Virus record (IMG/VR): IMGVR_UViG_3300027770_000057
Coordinates: 1-64,000 of that record
DNA length: 64,000 nucleotides
Direction: 5' to 3' (one strand)
DNA from: an uncultured virus (IMG/VR IMGVR_UViG_3300027770_000057)
Lineage: Duplodnaviria; Heunggongvirae; Uroviricota; Caudoviricetes
Part shown: in pieces, positions 46,791-57,815 of the stretch
Layout: the number at the start of each line of letters is the position of its first letter
How positions within the stretch are numbered: position 1 is the stretch's first letter
Made by a program: the position numbers and the translations under genes
Notes under the pieces: generated by a model
What the model saw: only the letters and a program-made list of their open reading frames with translations
The model's database searches: none
Told to the model about the DNA's origin: nothing

Positions 46791-49700
46791 TTAAACCTGA
46801 CCTTTCGTATTGTTGCCATCTTTTGTTTCAATTGTAAAAGAAACATTTTCTTCTTGATTAATTATATCTGTTGGCCCATCTTTCTTTTGGCCGTTATTTA
46901 ATGCAATAACAGAATTATTTAAATTATCTAAATTTAAAGGAGAACTATCACATAGATAAATTTCATTATTTTGTTGATCTTTTCCAGACACCTGATTAGC
47001 TCCTCCTCTATTTAAATCATGAATTATTACATAATCACCAGTTGGCTTTAAGTAAATTTGTGGTATTCCATTTTCTCTAATGAATTCATCATAATTTAAA
47101 GTAATAGTATAAATAATATTTTCTTTTTTCTTAAATTGCTTACAATTTACAGAAATAGAAGTACCGCCACTAAGATATGTGCCTAAATCTAATGGAAGTC
47201 CTTCAATCTCTAAATAATTGACTGATAATTCATTAAAGTAACTTACAATTTTATAAAAAACATCATTTATAACTAAAATAAAATTTTCTTTAAAACTGTC
47301 ATTATCTAATGAACCAGATATGGTTGAATCTTCAAAAACAGGAAGTAATGATGGTTTTTCAATTATTATTTTATTGTAAGCTAAGTTACCAGTGTGCTCT
47401 TTAACAACCCTATCTAATATCTTACCACTTGTTCCTATTACATCACCGTTTTCCCAATTGCTAATATAAAATTCATTTTCGTTATATCCATAACCTAAAA
47501 CAACATATTGGGTGTCATCGTTTAAATAATAAAAATAATTTCCTATTTTTATTCTTTCAACTGCTTTGCCAAAATTGCCATCATTTCCTATTACTAATCC
47601 TTTATTTTCAGAAGTTAAACTTCCATTAGATGAAAAATATATTTTTTCATTGTTTTCATTTAATAAGTCATAGTTAATATCATCTATGGTTAAACCTTCT
47701 GATAATGAAGGTAAGGTAAAATCATTCTCTAGTACAATTGAACCATCAGGATTAACATCATAAATATTATAAATATTAAATGTGTTTGGATATACAATAT
47801 AATATTTTATTTTCCAACAATCATTTGATCTTTGGTTTTCTACATCTACAACAGTTGTAATATTGTTTTGTTTTTTTTCATTTATTATTAGTTCATCTTT
47901 AAATGTATAAATGCTTTCTTGCTTAATTGTAAAGTTTGTACCAGTGTAATTTATGTTGCTTAATCTATAAGCAAATTCAGATTGGTTTATAGGTTGAGAA
48001 ATTAATGCTTCTTCATATATTCTAATTAGATTTTTTTTAGGCTCAAAAACAGTATATTTACCAGTGTTTGAACTTGGATTTAATATTTCAAGCAAAGTAT
48101 TTACTCTTGAATTAATACCAAGTTCTGAAAAATCTACTAAAGGAGAAAATAGGTTTATTTCTTTGTTGTATCCTTTAACTGTTTCATTGCCAAGATTGTC
48201 CATTATTGCTAATGCATTACGATGAACAACTCTTTGTAATAATCCCAAAAACATATTTCTATTAAAAGCCATTTGAGCATTACCAGAAATAATAGTTTCT
48301 GTTAGCTTGTAAGTAATCAAAGCCTCTATTTTTTCTTCTGGCGGAAGAATCATAGTTTCAAAGAAACCAGAATAATTTAAACTATGTAAAATACTGTGAA
48401 ATGGCGTAAACTCTTTAAGTACATTGAAAACTTCTTGAATTCTTTCACTGTTTAAATTTTCAATTTCAACATCTAAATTGTAAAGCGTTGATAAATAACC
48501 ATTGCATGTATCTAAGAAATTCTTGTCAATATCACAAGGGTTTTCACTCTCTCTTAAAGAACCATTGTATTCATCCATGTTGTAAATGTTTTCAGAATAT
48601 GGAAATTCTGTTCTAATATCTCCGAAAACAATTGGATCATGAAATGCGTTTTTAAATGGTATAATTTCATTGATTAATACATCATCTTCTTCTATTACTT
48701 TGGCATTCCAATTTTTCAACGGATGAATTATATTTAAATCGTTTCTAAGGTCTGCAACAGGTAAACTCCTGATGTAATTTTCTATTATTTGCTCTGAATC
48801 ATATTCTACTTTTCTTATTTGATAAATTATTTTTATTGCTTCACCGTCTTTTAATGAAATTCCAATTAATATTAATGTGCTTTTATTATTACTTGTTTCT
48901 ATTTCAATGTTAGAAATAGGAATCTCTATAAAACTATTATTCTTAGCACGATAATACAAAACAAAATTTTCATCGTTAATTGGTAAGCTTATTTTAGAAA
49001 GATCAAATCTTATTTTATTACTATCTCCATAAAAAACATCAACCCAAGTGTATTTTGAGTAAATCTGATAAAGTTGAGTGTATTTTTTAAGTATTATACC
49101 AGCATCACCCAAAGCAGAATTTAATCCATTTAGCGTTCCTTTCATTTTGAAATTAGGAATAGCTTTTGCAATCTGTCTTCTCCATCTTATTGGATCATTT
49201 GATTTAAATTCTAAACGATATAAATTTCCCAGATAAGATAATAAATGCTCTGGTATTAAATTTGAATCAATTAAAGTAGCAATATTATTTGCTAAGTTCT
49301 CAGTATAAGAAAATGCATCTCCTACAGCATTATTAAACTTTTCTAATATTTCTGGACTTACATCCGTTGTACTTAAATAATTCTTGTAAAGATCAGGCAA
49401 ATATCTATTTAATAAATTTGTATACTTTTTTTCATTTGTTTCTAAATTCTTAGGAGAAATATAACTTGATGTATTTGACGATAAAGAAAAATAAATACTA
49501 GAAGAAAGTAATTGAGAAGATATATTTGGTCGCCAACTATAGGAAATAAAATAATCTCCCTCTCTTAAACCACTTTGCTCAAATTTAAATTTAAAATGAC
49601 CATTGACTATGTTGCTATCGTTATCGATAACTTTCTTAATTATAAATCCTTTTTTTTCTGGAGTCCAAACTGGATTTTCTGAAGATCCAAATTTTGCTAC

Positions 49701-50033
49701 AGCAATTAAATTATCAAATTCAACTTTGTTTAAAGATTTCTGAAGCAAATCCCTTTGTGCAATTTTTAATTTTTCTTTTAAATCTTGATTATTTGGATAT
49801 TCGTATGAAGCTTGTTTTAATTCTAGATACTTTACTTCTAAAGTAGGATCACTTATATTAATATTTCTGAAACTTGATTTATCATAAACAAAATTTCTTT
49901 CAACAAAATATACAGTAATTGATGTTACTTCATAAGGATCTGATTTAAAAACACAATTAGTATTTGGAGTATATAAATCAAATACTATTGTGTCGCTTAC
50001 TTTCGGATTTTTTGTGTAATATTTTTCTGCCAT
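46791..50033 (-). CDS. baseplate wedge protein (gp7 / P2 gpI-like)
   Basis: YLPDLY, IPEHLLSYLG, WRRQIAKAIPNFKMKGTLNGL, KEFTPFHS; follows gp6. Confidence 0.75.
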   Translation of the reverse strand: MAEKYYTKNPKVSDTIVFDLYTPNTNCVFKSDPYEVTSITVYFVERNFVYDKSSFRNINISDPTLEVKYLELKQASYEYPNNQDLKEKLKIAQRDLLQKSLNKVEFDNLIAVAKFGSSENPVWTPEKKGFIIKKVIDNDSNIVNGHFKFKFEQSGLREGDYFISYSWRPNISSQLLSSSIYFSLSSNTSSYISPKNLETNEKKYTNLLNRYLPDLYKNYLSTTDVSPEILEKFNNAVGDAFSYTENLANNIATLIDSNLIPEHLLSYLGNLYRLEFKSNDPIRWRRQIAKAIPNFKMKGTLNGLNSALGDAGIILKKYTQLYQIYSKYTWVDVFYGDSNKIRFDLSKISLPINDENFVLYYRAKNNSFIEIPISNIEIETSNNKSTLILIGISLKDGEAIKIIYQIRKVEYDSEQIIENYIRSLPVADLRNDLNIIHPLKNWNAKVIEEDDVLINEIIPFKNAFHDPIVFGDIRTEFPYSENIYNMDEYNGSLRESENPCDIDKNFLDTCNGYLSTLYNLDVEIENLNSERIQEVFNVLKEFTPFHSILHSLNYSGFFETMILPPEEKIEALITYKLTETIISGNAQMAFNRNMFLGLLQRVVHRNALAIMDNLGNETVKGYNKEINLFSPLVDFSELGINSRVNTLLEILNPSSNTGKYTVFEPKKNLIRIYEEALISQPINQSEFAYRLSNINYTGTNFTIKQESIYTFKDELIINEKKQNNITTVVDVENQRSNDCWKIKYYIVYPNTFNIYNIYDVNPDGSIVLENDFTLPSLSEGLTIDDINYDLLNENNEKIYFSSNGSLTSENKGLVIGNDGNFGKAVERIKIGNYFYYLNDDTQYVVLGYGYNENEFYISNWENGDVIGTSGKILDRVVKEHTGNLAYNKIIIEKPSLLPVFEDSTISGSLDNDSFKENFILVINDVFYKIVSYFNELSVNYLEIEGLPLDLGTYLSGGTSISVNCKQFKKKENIIYTITLNYDEFIRENGIPQIYLKPTGDYVIIHDLNRGGANQVSGKDQQNNEIYLCDSSPLNLDNLNNSVIALNNGQKKDGPTDIINQEENVSFTIETKDGNNTKGQV

Positions 50034-50035
50034 AA

Positions 50036-51583
50036 TTAATTATACAAGAAGTTAATTGTTACGCTTTCTGGTCGAATAATTTCATAGTACTTTATTGCAA
50101 TTGTTTTAGCAAATGGAACTTCTACAGTACTGAAAACAATATCTATTGTTTTAATTTGTTTTAAATCTGACAAAGCTTGAATAATATCTGATTCTTGTAA
50201 AGCTTGACCATAATCCCAATTTGTTAAATTAAAATAAAAATCAATTTTACTCTCCATAGATGCTCTGATGTTGTCTTCGAATTTCTTGTAGAATTTATCT
50301 AAAGTAACATCAATTAAAACATTAACATCTACTACTTCTCCATCTCTAATACAAATATTATCAGTAAGCATTTTAATTTCATTCAAAGAATCAGTTAGTT
50401 CTTCTTTAAATTGACTGCTAGCCTTAGATAAACCACTATTGCCACTTCTAACTAATACAAATAAATCAATGATATTTGCAGCACATCCATAATTTCTTAA
50501 TGCAGCAAGTGCTTTTCCAGTTATACCATTGTAAACAGTAGCAAATTGATTTGCAAATGTTTTATAATCTTCTCCAGATACAGCACGATTTTGAGTTCTT
50601 AAATATAAAGGTATTTTACTTCTAATGTCTTCTATAGTATCACCTGAATAACCAAATTCTGCTTTTGTGTAATTAGTTAAACTAACAGTAATTATATTAA
50701 CGCTTCCTTCAATACTTACTATTGTTTGTGAATTTGCAAAATTTGTAACAATATCTCCGTTGGGACTTCCACCAGTACGATAAATTACATTAATATTAGT
50801 GCCAGAAGATGGAACTAATCCACCTTTGCCATTTCCAAAAATAAGATTTGCACTGTAATCAGGATTGTATTCTATTAAATATTCTTTGTTTGCCGATCCA
50901 GAAGTAAAAAAATCAACCTGATCCCATTCTTGCCCATCAACAACTACTCTTATAGAATCTGAAATAATTGATATTGCATCTAATTGTAATATTTGATTTA
51001 TTTCTCCATTAGAAATAAAAGTATTTTCTCTTGTAATACCAGCTACACCAACTATATTTGAATTAATTAATTGACCTGCTCTGATAACAATTGGTTCATT
51101 AAATATAGGCCTGTTTAAAGAATCAGCAGGATAAAGCTCAAACCTACTAGGAATTTGATTTGAAACAATATCAATATTAAAAGGTGTTTCTATTTTAACA
51201 TCAAAATCTTGAACAGAATTAATTCTTGCAGAAAACAATGCTTTTGAACCAATAGGAGGCTGAGGCTTTAATCCTGCTAGTTTTGCTAATCTAAATATAT
51301 TATCTAATTCTGTAACCGTATCAATAAATACTTCATTTGCAATTTGATCAATTTTAAAAGAAAGGGTATCTGCTAAAAATGCAAAATTTTCAATTAACAT
51401 TATAGCAAGACTAGATTCTACAAAATCGTTGAAATCATTACCAAACTTTTCTTTGATGAAGCTTACCAACCTAGATTTCATTGAATAAAAATCTTGATTT
51501 GTATAATTTAAAGAAACTATATTTGTTTGTTTTGGAGTTACTCCAATATCATAAGGTGTAATAATATCACATTTTTCTTGCAT
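50036..51583 (-). CDS. gp6: baseplate wedge protein (gp6 / P2 gpJ-like)
   Basis: NYTNQDF, FNDFVESSLAIMLIE, EVFIDT, FGNGKGGLVP, YRTGG, QNRAVSGEDY. Confidence 0.92.
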   Translation of the reverse strand: MQEKCDIITPYDIGVTPKQTNIVSLNYTNQDFYSMKSRLVSFIKEKFGNDFNDFVESSLAIMLIENFAFLADTLSFKIDQIANEVFIDTVTELDNIFRLAKLAGLKPQPPIGSKALFSARINSVQDFDVKIETPFNIDIVSNQIPSRFELYPADSLNRPIFNEPIVIRAGQLINSNIVGVAGITRENTFISNGEINQILQLDAISIISDSIRVVVDGQEWDQVDFFTSGSANKEYLIEYNPDYSANLIFGNGKGGLVPSSGTNINVIYRTGGSPNGDIVTNFANSQTIVSIEGSVNIITVSLTNYTKAEFGYSGDTIEDIRSKIPLYLRTQNRAVSGEDYKTFANQFATVYNGITGKALAALRNYGCAANIIDLFVLVRSGNSGLSKASSQFKEELTDSLNEIKMLTDNICIRDGEVVDVNVLIDVTLDKFYKKFEDNIRASMESKIDFYFNLTNWDYGQALQESDIIQALSDLKQIKTIDIVFSTVEVPFAKTIAIKYYEIIRPESVTINFLYN

Positions 51584-51586
51584 TTT

Positions 51587-52012
51587 TTATAATTCTCCCC
51601 CTGTAGGTAATTGTATCGTCAACACCTCAACATAATCAATTTTTTGTGGATCAAAAAAGCTTATACTTATGCTTAATACATGATCATTTGAATTTAATTC
51701 ATTTGCATTTTCAGAACTGCTTTCACGACCATTTGTAATATCTATTTGAGAAATAACAATTCTTGGTTCCCAAGATTCTATGGAATTTGCTATAAGTCTT
51801 TTAGTCTCAGCTACTAACGCTGCATCATTAGGTGAAAACAATAACTTTCTTAAAGGAGTTCCATAACTTGGCAGCATTACTCTTTCTTTTGGATTAGTGA
51901 GTAATAATTGGATTAAATCAGATTTTAAAGTGGCTATTCCTTCTTGTGAAAATAAATATCCTAACGGACTTTTACTTATTGGATAAGGAATACCTTTTAA
52001 TACGAAACTCAT
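51587..52012 (-). CDS. gp25: baseplate wedge subunit gp25 / GPW
   Basis: LLLTNPKERVMLPSYGT…LLF…WEPRI. Confidence 0.93.
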   Translation of the reverse strand: MSFVLKGIPYPISKSPLGYLFSQEGIATLKSDLIQLLLTNPKERVMLPSYGTPLRKLLFSPNDAALVAETKRLIANSIESWEPRIVISQIDITNGRESSSENANELNSNDHVLSISISFFDPQKIDYVEVLTIQLPTGGEL

Positions 52013-52039
52013 ACTATTATGTAGTAATTAAATATATTT

Positions 52040-54220
52040 TTAAACAACTAGATTGTTATTATTGTTGTTATTGTTGTTATTATTGTTATTTTCATCAGAA
52101 ACTGGATTAATTGCTGCTATTGATACAACTTTGGCATCGTCACTACAAGAACCAAATATTCTATCTGAAATTCTTAATTTTCCATCTTTGTAAACAATTA
52201 CAGGAGCAATACAGAAAGTATCTTCTTTTGTAGATTTAGTTTTACAATCTCCAAGTCCTGCAAGTAAGTAAATCCTTTTCTTTGATGCATTGAAAAAATA
52301 TTCATTTACACGATAATCATAATTGTCAGTTATGGATACTCTATCTTTTGTAACTAAACTTAATTTATCTGCTGGATTATTTTTAGAATTACCTACAATT
52401 TCATAAGTGCTATCATAACTGTATTGTAAATAATTTCCTCCAGCCCTTAAATAAACATAACCTCTTCCAATAGGCCTTTCTTGCATTTCTAAAACATGAG
52501 AACCACGCTCCTTGTTATCTTTTTGTGGTGCAGTTAACCTTAAAAATTGACTAGCTGTTTTTTCTTGATCGTTTCTGTCGCTCATGTAAAGTTCAAGGCC
52601 ATAACCACTTCTTAATTGAATATAAGCATTTGTTGCATTGCTCACAGGAAAATTATTCTCAGTCCTACATTCCATACTTTTTTGGAAAACGCCTTCATCA
52701 ATCATTTTAAATACATGATTACTAGTAGAATTCATGGTTATTCCACGATTTGAACCACCAGTGCCAGGACATTCAGATAAAGTTTCATCGCATAAAAATA
52801 TTTCATTGTTTAATGCAGATTTTATCCTTATTCCGTTATCAGCAGATCTTACTTTAGATGGTTGTTCATAATCAATCATTGAAATTGAATGACCTGTACA
52901 ACTCTTCCAATATGTTCTTCCTAAATACTTATCATTACATCCAAAATCAAAAGATTCTAAAGACCTTTGCCATTCAGGTGTTCCTCTAGGTTCTTCAACG
53001 CTATCATCCATAACAAAAGTATGACCAGATATAGAAAGAAGTTGTATTCCTGTTTGGGGAAGATCACATTTGTTATTCTGAGGTGTCTGTGGTCCTTTTA
53101 TTGGCCTACATTCATTTGCTGATTTAAAAAAAGGATTTGTTCCTTTTTGAGTATTTGCGTAAATAGTTCCTTCTGGAGTATCGGGATGACCACCAATTAC
53201 ATTTTCAGACTGCTTGCCACAACTTACTGGATTAGGGAAACCTTCTGGAGTTTCTTTTGAAAATGGTAAACCAGGTTCTATAATATCAGTTATATAATCA
53301 AATCCTTTTGGTTCTTGGAAAGCAGTATCACTTTGTGGCGTTAAAGCAGTAACATCTTCATTGATATTTGGTTCTTTCGCATCAACATAACAATTTGTAC
53401 TACCATCTCTGGTTCCATCTCCACATTGAGGATGTGCCCATTGACCAGCGTAGTGTAAATGATCATCTTTAAAAATCATCCAATTACCACACCCAGATAA
53501 AAGCTCCATCCTTTTCCACTTCCTATTGCATTTACCATCACCATCAACCATTTTAAGCATGTGTTTTTCAGGAGTTTTAAAACCATAAATATTTGGAAAA
53601 GTAGCTCTTTTTAATGCATCTAAATTATTATCTATATCTGTAATTGATGTAATGTCATATCCATTATAACTTTCAGTATTCCAAGGAGGTAAAACTTGCG
53701 AGCCATTGTTAGGGCCAACTAAATAATTATTTCTTTTTCTTTCATATAAAACATCGTATTCTTCAACTGGTATACCCCAAGCATGGCTTCCATCAGCACC
53801 TCTATCTCTTGTCCATGTTGTTCCAATATAATAAGCAGATTCTTTATTTCCATGCTCAAAAACTAAACAAACTGTTGATCCTGCTGGAGGAACCCATGAT
53901 GATCCAGAATCATCAAATCCTCCAAATGTACTAATTGGAAATGCCCATGGTAAAGCAGTTACTTCTATCGATTGATTATTTGCATTTCTTGGATTAACTA
54001 AAACTGGATTAAAATATCTTACTCTATTTTGCTTATAAATATCAAATGTATCTATTACAAGAGCAGTGTACATCCCAGTTATTTGCGTGTCTTGTTTTAC
54101 AGTATTAGAAGATTTGTTTAAGAATGTTTGAGGTATTTTGTTTACAGCTAAGCTTAATTCATTAATGTATTTTTCTAAAACTTTTAATTTGCTATCTAGA
54201 CTATTAATTTTATTGATCAT
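52040..54220 (-). CDS. baseplate central spike (gp5/VgrG-like, N-terminal OB fold)
   Basis: VIDTFDIYKQNRVR, LPWAFP, WVPPAGSTVCLVFEHG; repeated SGHTFVMDD-type strands; poly-Asn tail. Confidence 0.8.
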   Translation of the reverse strand: MINKINSLDSKLKVLEKYINELSLAVNKIPQTFLNKSSNTVKQDTQITGMYTALVIDTFDIYKQNRVRYFNPVLVNPRNANNQSIEVTALPWAFPISTFGGFDDSGSSWVPPAGSTVCLVFEHGNKESAYYIGTTWTRDRGADGSHAWGIPVEEYDVLYERKRNNYLVGPNNGSQVLPPWNTESYNGYDITSITDIDNNLDALKRATFPNIYGFKTPEKHMLKMVDGDGKCNRKWKRMELLSGCGNWMIFKDDHLHYAGQWAHPQCGDGTRDGSTNCYVDAKEPNINEDVTALTPQSDTAFQEPKGFDYITDIIEPGLPFSKETPEGFPNPVSCGKQSENVIGGHPDTPEGTIYANTQKGTNPFFKSANECRPIKGPQTPQNNKCDLPQTGIQLLSISGHTFVMDDSVEEPRGTPEWQRSLESFDFGCNDKYLGRTYWKSCTGHSISMIDYEQPSKVRSADNGIRIKSALNNEIFLCDETLSECPGTGGSNRGITMNSTSNHVFKMIDEGVFQKSMECRTENNFPVSNATNAYIQLRSGYGLELYMSDRNDQEKTASQFLRLTAPQKDNKERGSHVLEMQERPIGRGYVYLRAGGNYLQYSYDSTYEIVGNSKNNPADKLSLVTKDRVSITDNYDYRVNEYFFNASKKRIYLLAGLGDCKTKSTKEDTFCIAPVIVYKDGKLRISDRIFGSCSDDAKVVSIAAINPVSDENNNNNNNNNNNNNLVV

Positions 54221-54236
54221 TTAAAATACCTTGCTA

Positions 54237-55934
54237 TCAAAACTTCATAATGTTTATGCTGTATAATTCTAATGTAGTAGTGTAAGATCCAGAATTAATT
54301 GTAGACCTGCAAGATTTTACTTGATAAACTTGAGATAATTCTTTATTACAAGCACTTTTAGCTAAAGATTCACATGCACCATTTTCATTTGTTGTTACTT
54401 TTACACAATATGGATCAATGAAAATAATTTTTATATATGGAGTCTTAAGCCAATTAACAGTATTGGCCCAGTAAGGGTCACCATGAATCTCAAGATCTGC
54501 TTTAATTGGCCCAACGATTGGTAAATTGTCTAAATCAACACCAGCTATTAAGTTTGCTTGTAATGTTTCAATTTTTATTGCAGCAATTCTAGAAGGAGGC
54601 GTATCATTCATTGTAGCTGGCGTTGGTGAAATATTTACACCTGGCCCATTGCTATAAGTACTTGTAACTGTTGGCTCTCCTGATTGACCAGTTTTTAAAT
54701 TTTTTAACCTTGAACAAGAAGGAATTTGAACAACACCTTGCCCAGTTCCAGATGGGCCTCCACCACCAGTTCCTGCTTTTAATTTTGGAGATTCATTATT
54801 TTCTGGATTAACTCTAGCTAATGGAGTGGCTTGAAATTGAGTGTTAAATTTTATTACTGGACTACAATCACCACCACCAACAATGTAAGTTGGTATATTA
54901 TCATAGTTAGTTTCTCCTTTCTCACCTAAACACCAATTTGGTTTCCTGTCTTCTATCATTAAAATTGATGGCTTACCTTTAGAACCATTATCATAAGCAA
55001 AATTAAATCCTTTTTTGCTATTTGTTTGAAATCCATTTAAAAGTTCTCTGTAATATTGAAAAAGAGACAATCTGTTTGGATTAAAAACATTAAAAACTCC
55101 ATTTTTCCCCCCTTGATCAGGCATGAATTCCCATTCCGTAATCTTTTGGTTAGGTTTTGTTGGAATTGTAACGAAAGCTACAGTTGTTAGACCATCTTCT
55201 TTTTTATTTTCACAATTAAATTTTGCAAATTTGTCTATTGCACCTTTTAATGCACCTTTTAATTTTTCGCTAAAAACAATGTTATCTAATCTAGATTCTT
55301 CAGTTTTTCCAAATCCATCAGTGAATTTAATAGAAACTTTATATACTCCAGCGTCTGATGAAACATTAACTGATTGCATTAGACCATAAATATATGGCCC
55401 AGATGTAGTTTCCTTACCGTCACTAATAATTTTGTAACTATTATTATTGTTACTAGTAGCTTTCTGCATTCCGTACTTATCTACAGAATCATTACATCCT
55501 CTTATAATCCAACCAATATCAATATAAGCTTTAGCTAATGAGGCATCTCCAGACTCATTTCCCATAATAAATTTATCCCACTTACAACCTTCTTTAGGCA
55601 CAATAGAAATTAATTTTTTAACATCATCAAAATCACAAGTAACAAGAGTTATATTTCCTTCAAAACTTGTACCAATAGTCATTTCAAAACTTTGAATATA
55701 TGAGTTGTTAAATTTATATTCATTGTTACCAGCTGTTGTAACATTTTGACCAAGTGGATCTGCTGTTGAATATGCTTTATCTCCCAAAACAAATAGAACA
55801 TAAGGAACATAAACACTGTTATCTTTTTTAGTAAAAGGTTCTTTTATTCCACCGCCATTTGTTATGTAATTGAATCCGCTACCGCTTGCACAGGCGTTTA
55901 AAACTTCAAAATTATTTTTGTTGTTACAAGGCAT
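54237..55934 (-). CDS. baseplate hub protein (gp27-like)
   Basis: IDIGW, ADLEIHGDP, YQVKSC…GSYTTTLEL; position upstream of the spike gene. Confidence 0.6.
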   Translation of the reverse strand: MPCNNKNNFEVLNACASGSGFNYITNGGGIKEPFTKKDNSVYVPYVLFVLGDKAYSTADPLGQNVTTAGNNEYKFNNSYIQSFEMTIGTSFEGNITLVTCDFDDVKKLISIVPKEGCKWDKFIMGNESGDASLAKAYIDIGWIIRGCNDSVDKYGMQKATSNNNNSYKIISDGKETTSGPYIYGLMQSVNVSSDAGVYKVSIKFTDGFGKTEESRLDNIVFSEKLKGALKGAIDKFAKFNCENKKEDGLTTVAFVTIPTKPNQKITEWEFMPDQGGKNGVFNVFNPNRLSLFQYYRELLNGFQTNSKKGFNFAYDNGSKGKPSILMIEDRKPNWCLGEKGETNYDNIPTYIVGGGDCSPVIKFNTQFQATPLARVNPENNESPKLKAGTGGGGPSGTGQGVVQIPSCSRLKNLKTGQSGEPTVTSTYSNGPGVNISPTPATMNDTPPSRIAAIKIETLQANLIAGVDLDNLPIVGPIKADLEIHGDPYWANTVNWLKTPYIKIIFIDPYCVKVTTNENGACESLAKSACNKELSQVYQVKSCRSTINSGSYTTTLELYSINIMKF

Positions 55935-55935
55935 T

Positions 55936-56256
55936 TTATATAGTTCTAGGAACCCTTAAAGTAAGACCTGATTTAAATTCGTAAATATCTTTAATTCCAT
56001 TAAATTCCATTATGTACCACCAATAATCAACCGTTCCATAAGCTGCGTAAGAAACTAAATCAGGCCTGTATTCAGTAGAAGAATTTATTAATACAAATTT
56101 GTCATTTGAACTTGCTGGTATTGGTTTTCTTTTGTATGTTGAAAAAGTTAATTTATTATTATCACCATAATATAAAACTTTTGAATTTATATATCTACTT
56201 GAAAAATCAACAAACCTTTTTGTTGTAATGTCAGGATAAGAAATTTGATTTGCCAA
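55936..56256 (-). CDS. baseplate wedge gp53-like / LysM protein
   Basis: RPDLVSYAAYGTVDYWWYIMEFNGI…GLTLRVP; AGGAGG SD before TTG. Confidence 0.85.
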   Translation of the reverse strand: MANQISYPDITTKRFVDFSSRYINSKVLYYGDNNKLTFSTYKRKPIPASSNDKFVLINSSTEYRPDLVSYAAYGTVDYWWYIMEFNGIKDIYEFKSGLTLRVPRTI

Positions 56257-56257
56257 T

Positions 56258-56779
56258 TTATCCTCCTGTTTCTAATATGTTCTTAGAACCTGGTAAATTA
56301 AAAGTTGCATAAACTACTTCAAATGATAATTCAACATCAAATTTCATTGGTAAAAAAGTCGCTTCATCCCACATAACATCAACTGGAAATTTAACATTGT
56401 AACTTTTTAAAACTGCACATAAAGGATTATCTCCAAGGAGATATCCACATTTTATGGTTACTAATGGAGGTGGAACCATCACGGTACTAGTACCTGAATC
56501 AGGGTAAACTAAGCTTTCTAAAAATCTTAAATCATACAAATTGTACTGAGATTCTTCTTCGCTCTCAGCAAAAAAGTGAACACTCCAACTTATTGACCTT
56601 GTGTCACCATGAGAAAAAACTTTTAATGGTGCAGACCTACCGATGCCACTTTCGTCTGAATAATTAGCTTGTTTTTGATCACTAATATCAGGTAAAATTT
56701 TCATTTCTAAAGTTGTTTTACCTGATTTAATGTAGCAGTCTGTTAATCTTCTTAATTTACCGTTTACTGTTGCTTTCAA
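56258..56779 (-). CDS. tail tube initiator / contractile-system tube-like protein
   Basis: ANYSDESGIGRSAP, LESLVYP, PPPLVTIKCG, LPMKFDVELSF. Confidence 0.7.
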   Translation of the reverse strand: MKATVNGKLRRLTDCYIKSGKTTLEMKILPDISDQKQANYSDESGIGRSAPLKVFSHGDTRSISWSVHFFAESEEESQYNLYDLRFLESLVYPDSGTSTVMVPPPLVTIKCGYLLGDNPLCAVLKSYNVKFPVDVMWDEATFLPMKFDVELSFEVVYATFNLPGSKNILETGG

Positions 56780-56808
56780 TTTATTTCCTTTTATTATTAT
56801 TATATAGT

Positions 56809-57531
56809 ATGGAATTTACACAAACTAAATTAAAATTTATAGTTACTGGTACTGGTAGATGCGGAACATTGTATTTATCAAAATTATTATCTTTTTGTAA
56901 TACTTTTTGTGGTCATGAAACTATTTTTGATTATTCTTCATGGAACACAATTCTTCAGAGATTGTTTAATGATAAAAAACTAATTTTAAGTAAAATAGCA
57001 AAAGATACCTATGGAGATTACTTAGAAGATAAAAACATCGAAGCTGATTCTAGTTATATGGCAATGCCATACATACACCTTAATATATTCAATAGTTGTA
57101 ATTTTATTCATGTAATAAGACATCCAGAAAATGTTATTAATTCGTTTTGTCATTATTTAAATTATTTTTACGATGAATCTTTTTTTTCTTTAAAAGAATA
57201 TGATAAAAAATATTTAAATTTTATTTATAAAAATGTACCAGATATTAAAAAATATAAAAATCCTTATGATAGAGCAGCATATTTTTATCTCTATTGGAAT
57301 AATCAAATAGAAGAAAAATTAAAAAATAAAAATAAAATATTAATTAAAATTGAAGAAATTAAAAATAATAAATTATTAGAAGATTTTGTTGGAATTAAAG
57401 TACCTGATGATTTTGAAAAAATATCAACAAATAAAATTGAATATAAAAGATTTAAATTAAAAAATATAAAAAATATAAAAATAAGAAATGATATATTTAA
57501 TTTTTGTGAAAAACATGAATATAATTATTAA
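56809..57531 (+). CDS. sulfotransferase-like P-loop protein
   Basis: FIVTGTGRCGT…CGHE, IHVIRHPENVINS, YWN; start reassigned to ATG 56809. Confidence 0.75.
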   Translation: MEFTQTKLKFIVTGTGRCGTLYLSKLLSFCNTFCGHETIFDYSSWNTILQRLFNDKKLILSKIAKDTYGDYLEDKNIEADSSYMAMPYIHLNIFNSCNFIHVIRHPENVINSFCHYLNYFYDESFFSLKEYDKKYLNFIYKNVPDIKKYKNPYDRAAYFYLYWNNQIEEKLKNKNKILIKIEEIKNNKLLEDFVGIKVPDDFEKISTNKIEYKRFKLKNIKNIKIRNDIFNFCEKHEYNY

Positions 57532-57815
57532 TGAGAATAAACAACAAGAAAAAATTTAAGAAATATATTAAATCTTGTTTTTTTTGCAATGAAAGTAACT
57601 TGAACTTACTTGATGTTCATAGAATTTATGAAGGTCATAAAGGAGGTGGATACTACCACGAAAATGTTTTAGTTATTTGTGCAAATTGCCACAGAAAAGT
57701 TCATGCAAGTGAAATTTATAATATTAAAAAATATAAATCTTATGGTGGTATTAGCTTGTTTCAAGTAATGTATTTTATTGAAGATAAAGAATATTTTAAG
57801 CCTTGTGATTATTAA
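57531..57815 (+). CDS. HNH endonuclease
   Basis: CFFC…LDVHRI…GGGY…NVLVICANCHRKVH. Confidence 0.88.
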   Translation: MRINNKKKFKKYIKSCFFCNESNLNLLDVHRIYEGHKGGGYYHENVLVICANCHRKVHASEIYNIKKYKSYGGISLFQVMYFIEDKEYFKPCDY

